A stretch of 51,568 nt of DNA from a virus (Duplodnaviria; Caudoviricetes), in IMG/VR virus record IMGVR_UViG_3300028586_000028, positions 1 through 51,568 of that record. One strand, 5' to 3'. The position numbers and the translations under genes were made by a program. Of the stretch, positions 44,862-51,568 are shown piece after piece. Below the pieces are notes generated by a model. It had not been told where the DNA came from. It ran no database searches and worked only from the letters and a program-made list of their open reading frames with translations. The stretch's first letter is position 1. Every line of letters begins with the position of its first letter.

Positions 44862-45418
44862 AGCGCCTGTTCCTTCTCTAGGGTGGGGGCCGGGGCGGTC
44901 TTTTCGACGTATTGGTGAGGCTCTAGGCCTACTGCGAAGTGCTGGGAGCGCAGGTAGTTGATGTAGGCGGCTGGAGCGTAAGTGATTTGGTCACATGACC
45001 AATCACTATAAATTGTGACCTCTACCCGCTCGCCCGTAAACTCATCTTTAGCAGAGACATAGATGGCATCGGGCGCATATTCTGTATCAGTATCTTCATC
45101 GTAGTCGCCATCATCAAGCACAGCAGTGGCGTCCTGCAACAAAACATCATCGGCTACCACTAGCTGAGCCAACACGCAAGCCGGTACTGTCCCATCGGGT
45201 AGCTGGTGGCAGAGGTGGGAGAAGGGGCGGAGGACGGGTAGCGCAAGGGAAGGGTCGCCCACATAGCCAGCTTCAACCACAATGCTTTCCGCCCTATCAT
45301 TTATATCAAGCCGAATCAAGCGGCTGCGCTTCCCTTGCGAGTTCTGTATTTCAATGCCATAAGGCAGGTAGGGGGCCAGAATTTCGAGGCTCGTGCCCTG
45401 GGTGGTGGTAGTTGCCAT
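44858..45418 (-). CDS. Hypothetical protein (LAPYLPYG...P.LRP family of Bacteroidota phages)
   Basis: Motif recall and operon packing. Confidence 0.7.
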   Translation of the reverse strand: MATTTTQGTSLEILAPYLPYGIEIQNSQGKRSRLIRLDINDRAESIVVEAGYVGDPSLALPVLRPFSHLCHQLPDGTVPACVLAQLVVADDVLLQDATAVLDDGDYDEDTDTEYAPDAIYVSAKDEFTGERVEVTIYSDWSCDQITYAPAAYINYLRSQHFAVGLEPHQYVEKTAPAPTLEKEQAL

Positions 45419-45424
45419 GACTAA

Positions 45425-45688
45425 TTAGCTATTGGGGGTGGGGGAGAGCGGCTTTTTCTTGCTGTAAATGGCGTGGCAGCGCTTGCAATCGACGTGGTGC
45501 AGGCAGCCAAAGCCGTCGTGCAGGTATTCTAACCGGCCGCCGGGGCGCACGACAGCGACCACGCAGTAAGAGGGGTAAAGGCCGGGGTCAGCACCACACA
45601 GCGCCCTAGGCGAATCCTTGCTGACTAGTTGCAGGTGCGTAGCTAGCTTAGCCTTCTGCACGACGAATAATCGGGTTCCAACTTTCAT
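45425..45688 (-). CDS. Zn-binding hypothetical protein (start MKVGTR)
   Basis: H...ALCG...CKRC. Confidence 0.65.
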   Translation of the reverse strand: MKVGTRLFVVQKAKLATHLQLVSKDSPRALCGADPGLYPSYCVVAVVRPGGRLEYLHDGFGCLHHVDCKRCHAIYSKKKPLSPTPNS

Positions 45689-46410
45689 AGCGTTTTTGGG
45701 GCTGTCTTCTCTAGGGTGGGGGAGGGTGGGGCGATGACCTTGAATTCTACCACCCATACCCAGGGGTTGGATAGCTCTGATTCTTCGCCATTTATCAGTC
45801 GCCAGCCTTTCATGTAGGCGGTGTAAGGGTCAGAGTGGCAGAGCTTGCATTTGTCGTAGGGCGAGTCGGGCCACACATACCCTGTGCTGCCTGGCCTGCC
45901 GTTCATGTTGGGGCAAATCTTGATGCCCTCAGCTATGGCATCTTCAGGACTAATGTCATGTAGCCGCTCAACACGCAAGGCCGTAATCTCTAGTAGCACA
46001 CGACTAGCGGCGCGGGACATGAATATGCCAGACTTCCAACGCCTTGCTCGGCTTTCGTCATCAGTGGAATCGGCTCTGTAGGCAATGAATGGCGTCGGCA
46101 GGACGTGCCCCCAGTTATAAGCAAATGTTTCGCGCACCCAAAGCCGGTCACCTACTTCGCCGTAGGGGCAGGGGAAGTAGCCATCTGTTCGCTCCTGCAA
46201 GGCGTTGCCAATAGCAGAGTAGCGCCCCCAAAAATGGCGGCCCTCGTTGCGGCGGTCGCCAGTTGTGCTGAGTAGGGTGCTGATTCTGAATCGCTCGCTA
46301 GGCGGCTGCACTTTAATGGCCCGGCGGGTTTGCGTCTTGCGGCCGTCCATTAGCGCCCGCACCATCGGGCCGGTGAATAGGATGGGGCGCTCTTTGATTA
46401 TGTTTCCCAT
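45685..46410 (-). CDS. ASCH-like phage protein
   Basis: ERPILF...MVRA...GRKTQTRR...CPYG..GDRLWVRET...NPWVWV.EF. Confidence 0.8.
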   Translation of the reverse strand: MGNIIKERPILFTGPMVRALMDGRKTQTRRAIKVQPPSERFRISTLLSTTGDRRNEGRHFWGRYSAIGNALQERTDGYFPCPYGEVGDRLWVRETFAYNWGHVLPTPFIAYRADSTDDESRARRWKSGIFMSRAASRVLLEITALRVERLHDISPEDAIAEGIKICPNMNGRPGSTGYVWPDSPYDKCKLCHSDPYTAYMKGWRLINGEESELSNPWVWVVEFKVIAPPSPTLEKTAPKTL

Positions 46411-46418
46411 AACGGTCT

Positions 46419-46463
46419 AAAAAGGCAAACCCCGCACCCGCATTCTGTCAAATGCAAGTGGGG
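46419..46463 (-). terminator. Intrinsic terminator/attenuator
   Basis: CCCCACTTGCATT..AATGCGGGTGCGGGG followed by TTTGCCTTTTT. Confidence 0.65.
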
Positions 46464-46563
46464 GAGCCTAGTAGCCGGTCTGGCGAGCAGCCGGTGGGTG
46501 AAGATGTTGCAAGCCGTGACAGCGGCCTAGCGCGGGCCTGCTATCGGCGGGCGCTGTTGCGAT
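46419..46563 (-). ncRNA. Candidate ~145-nt sRNA/leader containing divergent copy 3 of the element
   Basis: Lies between a TACCTTTG promoter and a terminator, with no credible ORF. Confidence 0.5.
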
Positions 46564-46567
46564 GATG

Positions 46568-46632
46568 CAAAGGTACAACGTTGAACGTATAACTCCAAAC
46601 GTACAACGTTTAATTATCGCCACGTACTTTCG
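46568..46632. promoter_or_regulatory. Divergent promoters with GTACAACGTT direct-repeat operators
   Basis: Minus-strand TACCTTTG at 46575-46568; plus-strand TACTTTCG at 46625-46632; repeats at 46573 and 46601. Confidence 0.7.
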
Positions 46633-46654
46633 TAGCGTCAACCTCAATCCTGTT

Positions 46655-46822
46655 ATGCCTGCCCCAGCCGCCGCCACCGCTTACATTCAGCGCCTTATCA
46701 AGCTCTCGACCTATGCCAAGCGGGAAGATGTGAGCGTCACAGAGGCCCGCCGCCGGCTGCTGGCTGGCAAGATTGAAGGCCCGAAAATTGACGGAGTGCA
46801 GTTTATTGAGCTGCCCGAATAG
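46655..46822 (+). CDS. Small winged-HTH (excisionase/MerR-like) protein, 55 aa
   Basis: LIKLSTYAKREDVSVTEARRRLLAGKI....IDG..FI. Confidence 0.7.
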   Translation: MPAPAAATAYIQRLIKLSTYAKREDVSVTEARRRLLAGKIEGPKIDGVQFIELPE

Positions 46823-46863
46823 CGCCCGCCTACCCACCTATTACCCTAGTAGCGCAGAGCCGG

Positions 46864-47076
46864 CTAGTTGAGGCCGTCGTAGTAGCGCTTGGCTTCGTCG
46901 CGGTCAATGGTTTGCAAAATCTCCTTCCCTTCGCGCACTACTTGGTAGTAAAGGCTGGTTGTGTCGCCACAGGTTTCGGTGACTGCTTCTAGGCCTTTCA
47001 TGCCCACAGTGCACCATGCTTTTTCTATAATGCGGCGCCACCGTTTAACAGGCTGGGGTGTTGGTAGTGCTGCCAT
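46864..47076 (-). CDS. Hypothetical protein
   Basis: Operon packing. Confidence 0.6.
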   Translation of the reverse strand: MAALPTPQPVKRWRRIIEKAWCTVGMKGLEAVTETCGDTTSLYYQVVREGKEILQTIDRDEAKRYYDGLN

Positions 47077-47438
47077 TAGAAAAGGCTGGGGTGTTTGCTT
47101 TTGAACAAGGCGTAGTGGCTAGGCTCAAGCCACTGCATGCGCCGTAGCTTTTCTGCCCACACGTCGGGGAAGAGCTGGGCAAATCGGCCCTTTTCATTTT
47201 CCCAAATGCAGTGACAGGTCCAGCACAACGTAATGACGTTTTGCGGATTAGCCGCATGCCGTGGGTATTGCTTCTGAGTTAAGATGTGCGAGCGCGTGAG
47301 CTGCTGCGAAGCGCCACAGGCTAGGCAGCAACTCCCCAGTGGGCAGGCTGTGGCGACGTGCCGCCGGATGGCCGCCTGCTTCTTTGTGGAGCGGGGCAGG
47401 CGGCCGGTGCGGGCTAGAGGAGTGGTGCGCTTTAGCAT
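47076..47438 (-). CDS. HNH-fold nuclease (NinG-like)
   Basis: MLKRTTPL.R...C.ACG....SHIL......NPQN...LC..CH. Confidence 0.75.
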   Translation of the reverse strand: MLKRTTPLARTGRLPRSTKKQAAIRRHVATACPLGSCCLACGASQQLTRSHILTQKQYPRHAANPQNVITLCWTCHCIWENEKGRFAQLFPDVWAEKLRRMQWLEPSHYALFKSKHPSLF

Positions 47439-47440
47439 GG

Positions 47441-47605
47441 CTAGGCTATTCCTAATTCGTCCAGCGCGCCAATCAGTACGATAACTAGCAAGGCGTAGAG
47501 CCACGCGCTGGCTGGCTCAGGGCGCACGTACAGCCAGACAATCAGCAGCAAGCACACCAAGGATAACAGGAGGCTACAGGAGAGCTTGAAGATTTTAGGA
47601 TTCAT
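47441..47605 (-). CDS. Two-TM peptide (start MNPKIF)
   Basis: Hydrophobic C-terminal part of the listed ORF. Confidence 0.55.
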   Translation of the reverse strand: MNPKIFKLSCSLLLSLVCLLLIVWLYVRPEPASAWLYALLVIVLIGALDELGIA

Positions 47606-47729
47606 GGCTAGGCGGCTAAGTGATAGGTGAGCTGGCGGGGCTTTGGGCGGCCCCGCCATAGCACTTGCCAGCGGTGCTGGTAGTGGCGAGAGAGGCGAGG
47701 CAGGCCCGCGCCCCGGTTGATGCGGGGGC

Positions 47730-47948
47730 TCATGGGCAGGGCAGGTTAGCGGCGTAAGACTCGTACCACTGCGCTTTCGCCTCGTCCTGCTCCGCCGTAT
47801 TGCCGGGCTTCTTGCCAGCGCGGGCGCGGTACTTTTCGGCATTAAGGATGCAAAACCAATACACCGGCTCGGAGCCGTAGTCCTTCGCCATCCGGTCAAT
47901 TACTTCGGTGCCGTTGTAATGGGCGGGGCCGTTTACTAGCTCGTTCAT
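47730..47948 (-). CDS. DUF3310 (SaV-like) protein
   Basis: VN.P.HY...EVID...FC.LNA.KY..RAGKK....QD..KA.WY. Confidence 0.85.
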   Translation of the reverse strand: MNELVNGPAHYNGTEVIDRMAKDYGSEPVYWFCILNAEKYRARAGKKPGNTAEQDEAKAQWYESYAANLPCP

Positions 47949-47950
47949 AA

Positions 47951-48916
47951 TTAGGCGGCTTGCTGAAGGGCGGCGTAAAAGGCGGCCTGAGCAGCAGGCC
48001 CGCCGTGCTTGGCATTGAGCATGTAGGCCATGCGGGCGGGGTGGTCGTAGGCGAGTTTCTTTAGTTGGTCCGATACACTTTCCGCCTTTGCTGCCCGCTC
48101 ACCACGCAGGCGGGCGGCTTTGGCAGCATTCAGCACAGGCGTGCGGGGGTCAGATTTGGTGGCAGCACCGATGATGTGCATAGGCCTGAGCGTGTTCTTC
48201 GCCTTGGGGCGGGGGTCGTGCACGGCAGTGGCGGGCGCTTTTGTGGCCTTTGTCGCTGCCGGCTTCACTGTGACAGGCTTGGGCGGCTTGATAACCTTGG
48301 CGACTTTTACCGGGGCGGGCTTGCGGTAGACAACCCCAAGCCCGAAGGCTTTGGAAATACACTGGCGCGTGGAGTAGCCCAAATGCTTGCCCACGGCGGC
48401 CGGCCCCAGCGCGGGGTAGTTGGTTCGCAGGTACTCCACATCGGCCGCCTGCCACACGATAGCCCGCCGCGCAAGTCCCATCGACTGCGCCTCCGTGCCC
48501 AGCGCCTTCATGCTTCGCCCTGGCAGCGCGGCCAGCAGTTCCGCTACGGGCGCGCACGGATAGAGCGTGCGGATTAGCTCGCGCTCCTGGTCCGTATACC
48601 GCAGGCGGCCCACGGCGATGCCCATTTTGGCGGCCTTCTTCTGGATAGCCAGGCGATTGGCTTTGCGCGAGAGCAGCGGCAGCACGGCAACCGCGCCGCC
48701 GCTGGGGTAGTGCTCGCGGAGCAGCTGCACATCGGCCGCGCTCCATTCGGTGGGCATCCGGTGCTTGCGGCGCAGGTGCAGCGAGCTGGCCTTGCGGGCG
48801 ATTGTAGCCCAATTGCGTCGGGGCAGCGCAGCTAGTACTTCCGCAGCTGGCGCGGTGGGGAATAGCTGGCGCAGCGCGGCTACTTCAGCTTCGGTGTATG
48901 GTGGCTTTCTGGGCAT
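47951..48916 (-). CDS. Protein with four tandem Myb/HTH-like repeats and a basic tail
   Basis: [YW]T..E...LR..YP...R....I..KA..LG repeated about every 48 aa. Confidence 0.75.
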   Translation of the reverse strand: MPRKPPYTEAEVAALRQLFPTAPAAEVLAALPRRNWATIARKASSLHLRRKHRMPTEWSAADVQLLREHYPSGGAVAVLPLLSRKANRLAIQKKAAKMGIAVGRLRYTDQERELIRTLYPCAPVAELLAALPGRSMKALGTEAQSMGLARRAIVWQAADVEYLRTNYPALGPAAVGKHLGYSTRQCISKAFGLGVVYRKPAPVKVAKVIKPPKPVTVKPAATKATKAPATAVHDPRPKAKNTLRPMHIIGAATKSDPRTPVLNAAKAARLRGERAAKAESVSDQLKKLAYDHPARMAYMLNAKHGGPAAQAAFYAALQQAA

Positions 48917-48921
48917 GGCAA

Positions 48922-49140
48922 CTAGTGATTTATGCGAGTGAAGGTGCCGAAGTCTAACGCGGCCTCGAACTTGGCGGGGTCGTCTTGCAGCGGGCTTTCG
49001 GGAGTGAGCGGCTGGCTGTCAGCACCGAGGCGGAACAAGGCAAAGGCGGGGCGGCTGGGCACATAGAACCGGGCGCCCGTGCTGTCGAAGTAGTAGCCCG
49101 CCAACGGGTGAGGCGGGCTACTCAGGGTTGGCTTCCTCAT
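48922..49140 (-). CDS. Hypothetical protein
   Basis: Operon packing. Confidence 0.6.
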   Translation of the reverse strand: MRKPTLSSPPHPLAGYYFDSTGARFYVPSRPAFALFRLGADSQPLTPESPLQDDPAKFEAALDFGTFTRINH

Positions 49141-49257
49141 GGCTGCGAAGTGGGGAAAGAGCCCAGCAGCCAGGTGGCTACCGGGTCGTGGGGGTAGCGG
49201 CTGCTGGGCTTCGGCAGCACGAGCAAGGCCAGGCAGGCCAGGAAGCGGCGGGCGCGG

Positions 49258-50439
49258 CTAGGCTTCATCGGTGGCTCCTTTCTGGCTGGCGGTGGGGGCG
49301 GGCAGCAATTCAATACTCAAGCGGACGCGCGCGCCAGCATTTTCGGGCTTTACAAATCCAGCCAAGGCCGCGTCAACATTTGGTGGCACACAGGCGGCTA
49401 GGTCCTGCCATTGCAGATATGCCTCGCCTTTTGCATCCCCATGTTTTTCAAGCACCACCGTTGCCTCCATCACGGCCCCGCCACTTCCTCCTATAGTAGA
49501 AGGGGCCGCAAGTTCTTTCGCCAAATAGGCCGCAAACTCAGCGGGCACATTGGACTCGCTCACAGGCGAAAAATCGTCTTCTGTCATCGTGCCCACTTGC
49601 CAGGCTGCCCAGTCGCGGTTCGCCCAGTAGGCATGGCCAAAATGCTCGTTTACAAGCTCAAGTATCCGTTCTTCTGTCACGGCGGGGCCGCCTATAGTAG
49701 AAGGGGAGGCCACCGACTCGTCAGATAGCTTTACCTGATATGCTTGCGGCTCGCTGCCTTTATACTTCTCAAACCAAGCCTTGTAGCCGTTCTTTTCGCG
49801 GCGAGTATGCCATCCGGTATTTTCGTAAGTCTTGTCGCCGTGACAGTCGAGCGTCACGTTTTGCAGCCACCACAACTGGCCGCGCCGGCCGTTGTCGTAG
49901 AGCACCACAAAGGCGCGGCTATCCTCGTCAGCTAGCTTGGGAATGCCAGGAATCCAGGCCAGCTTTGTCGGCACTTCTAGTGGCTGTAGGGGCTGGGAGG
50001 CGGCGCGCAGGCGGGCGTTCTCGGCTAGCAGGGCTGGGAGGGCGTTGCAGGCCTTTGCGACCAACTCAGCTGCGTTCATGTCGTTGAAAATCGCTAGCTC
50101 GCAGTAGTCGCCTTCTGCGTGTCGTTCTGTGCCACCGATTGGCAACAGGTAGGCACTTACGCCATCTTCGTCAGAATCATAAGCCAATTCAAGTGGTAGC
50201 TGCGGGCCGTGCTTCACGGCAGCCTCCAACCCAGCCAGCACCTCATTGCTCAGCGCCGGCTTCGCGCCTCCACCTAGAAGCGGGGAGGCTGGGGGAGTGG
50301 GGGCGGCGAAGTCGTAGCCACCATAAAAGCAGGATTCAGCTAGGGCGCCTTCGCTAGTATGCGAGACACCCTCAATAGTCCAGCCTTCCTTTTTAAGTAT
50401 CGCCAAGAAGGCGTCATGCTTTTCAGTGTCGGTATGCAT
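49258..50439 (-). CDS. Mosaic multi-module hypothetical protein (Ea22-like segment)
   Basis: AELVAKACNALPALLAE.ARLR; repeated PSTIGG linkers. Confidence 0.7.
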   Translation of the reverse strand: MHTDTEKHDAFLAILKKEGWTIEGVSHTSEGALAESCFYGGYDFAAPTPPASPLLGGGAKPALSNEVLAGLEAAVKHGPQLPLELAYDSDEDGVSAYLLPIGGTERHAEGDYCELAIFNDMNAAELVAKACNALPALLAENARLRAASQPLQPLEVPTKLAWIPGIPKLADEDSRAFVVLYDNGRRGQLWWLQNVTLDCHGDKTYENTGWHTRREKNGYKAWFEKYKGSEPQAYQVKLSDESVASPSTIGGPAVTEERILELVNEHFGHAYWANRDWAAWQVGTMTEDDFSPVSESNVPAEFAAYLAKELAAPSTIGGSGGAVMEATVVLEKHGDAKGEAYLQWQDLAACVPPNVDAALAGFVKPENAGARVRLSIELLPAPTASQKGATDEA

Positions 50440-50459
50440 AGTTTTGTGAGGTAAGTGGT

Positions 50460-50511
50460 AAAAAGTGGTGTCTCCCCCGCCGCCTTCGTAGCAGGAGAAG
50501 CGGTGGGGGAT
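50460..50511 (-). terminator. Terminator-like hairpin
   Basis: TCCCCCACCGC...GCGGCGGGGGA, then a U-tract 8 nt later. Confidence 0.5.
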
Positions 50512-50520
50512 GGGGTGATG

Positions 50521-50617
50521 GCTCGCCGTTACGAACCACGGGCGCGGGTTACTCCCGCCTTAGCCGCTGTCTGCCAAAACCTTCGCACATGGAGGTATTG
50601 CAGCGGCTAGGCGGGGT
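50521..50617 (-). ncRNA. Candidate structured non-coding element, copy 2
   Basis: 24/26 identity to 31566-31591; long stem CCCGCC-TAGCCGCTG / CAGCGGCTA-A-GGCGGG. Confidence 0.55.
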
Positions 50618-50643
50618 GGTGGCGACAGGGTTGCCTAGGCGGC

Positions 50644-51042
50644 CTAGGCGGCTTGGGCGCGGCCATTCAGGCGGTTGTCCCGGCGAGTGTTGCGGAGTTG
50701 AATCAGCTTTTCTTTAGCGTCGGCTAGCTCGTCAATCGAGCGACCCGGGACCTCTAGCCAGGCTTGCCCCGGCCGTATCTTTTCGGATGGAATGTCCTTG
50801 TCCGTGGTCAGCAGTTGGAGTATTTCTGCCCGCAGCGACTGGCGAAACAGCCGCTGTGCTCCTTCGCTCATCACGGCCTCGGTGGGGCGGGTGGTGGCTT
50901 CCCGGGCGCGGGTGCTGCACGAGGCGCAGCGGATAGAATACTTCTGGCCCTGCACCTTGTACTTGACCAATTCGCCGGCGCCGATGCCGACGTAATTGGC
51001 GCAGAGGTAGCAGCAGCCGGCGTGGCTATTTTTTATCGGCAT
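50644..51042 (-). CDS. Zn-ribbon hypothetical protein
   Basis: G.C.LC...V..G.G...RC.SC. Confidence 0.7.
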   Translation of the reverse strand: MPIKNSHAGCCYLCANYVGIGAGELVKYKVQGQKYSIRCASCSTRAREATTRPTEAVMSEGAQRLFRQSLRAEILQLLTTDKDIPSEKIRPGQAWLEVPGRSIDELADAKEKLIQLRNTRRDNRLNGRAQAA

Positions 51043-51147
51043 GGCAGGGCAAGGGGATGGGGCGGGCGGCGGCGAGGCGGGCTAGGGCAGCGGGCAACTC
51101 AGCGCGGCCCCGGCAACGGGTGGAGCCAGTGGGGCAGGGCATGGCGG

Positions 51148-51471
51148 CTAGTCCTCTGTGACCGGGATTACTGGGGCCGGAGCGGGGTATTCTTGCCAAT
51201 GCGATACCTGGGCGTAATGCCCGTGGAATTCCATCCCGACCGGTCGCCACTGGCCTCGATCATCGCAGTAGTGCGGATAGCGCTCCGTCTTCCCATCGAC
51301 CACCACGAGCATCAGTTCCGAGTGGTTAGTGACAAGCCATCCATTGCTCTCACGTCGCTGGGTGGGCGGCAGGCGCTCATTTACCGAAATCCATTTGGCG
51401 GCCTCTATGCGGGCCAGCAGCGAGCCTAACTCAACTAGCAGTGCCTCGTTTGTTGTTTGATTAGTATTCAT
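51148..51471 (-). CDS. DUF551-like protein
   Basis: WISVNERLP...VSHW...P.P. Confidence 0.75.
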   Translation of the reverse strand: MNTNQTTNEALLVELGSLLARIEAAKWISVNERLPPTQRRESNGWLVTNHSELMLVVVDGKTERYPHYCDDRGQWRPVGMEFHGHYAQVSHWQEYPAPAPVIPVTED

Positions 51472-51568
51472 GTTGTCAATTAGTTAATTGTGGCAGCTAG
51501 GCCTTATAGGTGAGGGCGTGGGTGCGGGCAGCTTCGGCACGCTTGGCTGAATTCTCACTCTCGCTGGG
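51433..51568. repeat. Terminal direct repeat, copy 2
   Basis: Matches 1-136; ORFs continue across the join. Confidence 0.97.

Larger units (their letters stand above)
1..51568. mobile_element. Complete temperate siphovirus-like phage (circular/excised form), Bacteroidota host
   Basis: Has integrase, attP, repressor, terminases, portal, capsid, tape measure and lysis genes, with circular ends. No tail sheath recognised. Confidence 0.93.

Noticed and set aside
46518-46526. 9-nt antisense match between the 46.5-kb RNA and 50563-50571 (C4-like regulation)
   Set aside because: A GC-rich 9-mer is plausible by chance, and pairing with copy 1 is poor.
50521-50582. Copy 2 as a tRNA (GGTTCG, ends GCCA) or a c-di-GMP-I riboswitch
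   Set aside because: No consistent cloverleaf or 7-nt anticodon loop; the riboswitch GGCAAAC and GACGCAAA core is missing.
51433-51568. 136-bp end repeat as a biological terminal repeat or att duplication
   Set aside because: It cuts through ORFs and lies far from the terminase and integrase genes. It is best explained as assembly overlap, and the single mismatch may be a SNP or an error.
1-51568. CRISPR array, DGR/retron reverse transcriptase, IS element, invertase or stop-codon recoding
   Set aside because: No repeat-spacer array, reverse transcriptase motif, transposase or second recombinase was seen. Genes read intact in the standard code, with TAG as stop.

Overview
The window is a complete, circularly permuted temperate phage genome of about 51.4 kb. 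Bases 1-136 repeat at 51433-51568 with one mismatch. The host is inferred to be a high-GC Bacteroidota, probably Hymenobacter-like, based on TAnnTTTG promoters, no obvious Shine-Dalgarno sites and a Bacteroidota-type tyrosine integrase. Most genes lie on the minus strand. In transcription order these are: an early region (Cro-like, KilA-N, many small accessory genes, DUF1376 initiator with iterons, SF4 helicase); terminases, portal, minor head, scaffold and capsid; neck genes, frameshifted tail chaperones, tape measure, tail tip, a displaced tail-tube gene, fibres and an SGNH esterase appendage; and lysis genes (holin candidates, u-spanin-like, GH108 endolysin). The repressor, an intact attP matching a tRNA-Ser 3' end, the integrase and several morons are on the plus strand. 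The most interesting non-obvious signals are: (i) a structured non-coding element in two close copies and one divergent copy, each just upstream of an intrinsic terminator; (ii) a five-copy candidate late promoter with an invariant 18-bp spacer, mostly leaderless and often with a hairpin around the -7 box; (iii) an MqsA-like plus HNH moron with no MqsR; (iv) a second divergent switch at 46.4-46.8 kb; and (v) gene-boundary repeats that suggest cassette-like shuffling. All family assignments come from motif recognition, not database searches.
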